NCBI GenBank assembly: GCA_051362555.1
Contig: CM120642.1
Span: 18,228,001 to 18,292,000 of the forward strand
Origin: Lingula anatina
Lineage: Eukaryota; Animalia; Brachiopoda
Direction of reading: 5' to 3'
Length of the DNA: 64,000 nucleotides
The notes beneath the pieces are model-generated. The model saw nothing but the letters and a program-made list of their open reading frames with translations, did no database searches and had not been told where the DNA came from. The position numbers and the translations under genes were made by a program. Below, piece after piece: positions 63,692-64,000 of this stretch; position 1 is the first letter of the stretch, and every line of letters begins with the position of its first letter.

Positions 63692-64000
63692 TTTCCATGG
63701 ATTTAGAAAGCCCCGCCGTAGATTATACCCCACTCGACTTACTCTAGCCCGTATGAATCAAATTTAGGACATCCTCTGTTAAAGAATTGGCCCATCAGTT
63801 TCTTAACGTAACATAAATATATGCCTTCCATTGTTTTCCAAAATTAGTTTTGGGCCTCTTTGCATGTCGACCATCTAATACTAGTCATCCTCAAAAAAAA
63901 AAAAAAGAAAAAAAAAATGGCGACAATGACGGTGTTACTGAAAAGTTGGCTGATCGGGTAGAAGATACCTCGTGTTATCTTTTTCATAAATGTAGGTACA

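Larger units (their letters stand above)
51560..64000 (+). repeat. Direct segmental duplicate of 17481-32483 (continues beyond the window)
   Basis: Homology starts at atgttttcaagtaaatcacaaataattatg (17481 and 51560) and is colinear to the window end (aaatgtaggtaca = 32471-32483), apart from differential insertions. Confidence 0.97.

Overview
Eukaryotic, intron-rich, AT-rich animal DNA; the repeat families look lophotrochozoan or mollusc-like (inference). Three blocks, all on the + strand. (1) 1-29184: the 3' part of a SEC16A-like gene (COPII ER-exit-site scaffold), 29 exons reconstructed by hand with consistent GT-AG phases; it starts upstream of the window. (2) 33017-48840: a secreted protein gene (signal peptide, LamG/ConA-like domain, VWA domain, about 36 EGF repeats). 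Its giant EGF exon is interrupted by a 1931-bp TA-duplicating DNA transposon whose ends could allow exact length-neutral splicing. (3) 51560-64000: a direct duplicate of 17481-32483 (offset about 34.1 kb) carrying nine intact SEC16 3' exons; the two copies differ by independent transposon insertions. A recurring theme is repeats and transposons sitting on splice sites: two minisatellites straddle SEC16 exon junctions, and a Tc1 element inserted into an acceptor rebuilds it. Helentron-like (HINE/DINE-type) elements, MITEs and fold-backs are also present. No prokaryotic features, CRISPR array or RNA gene were recognised.
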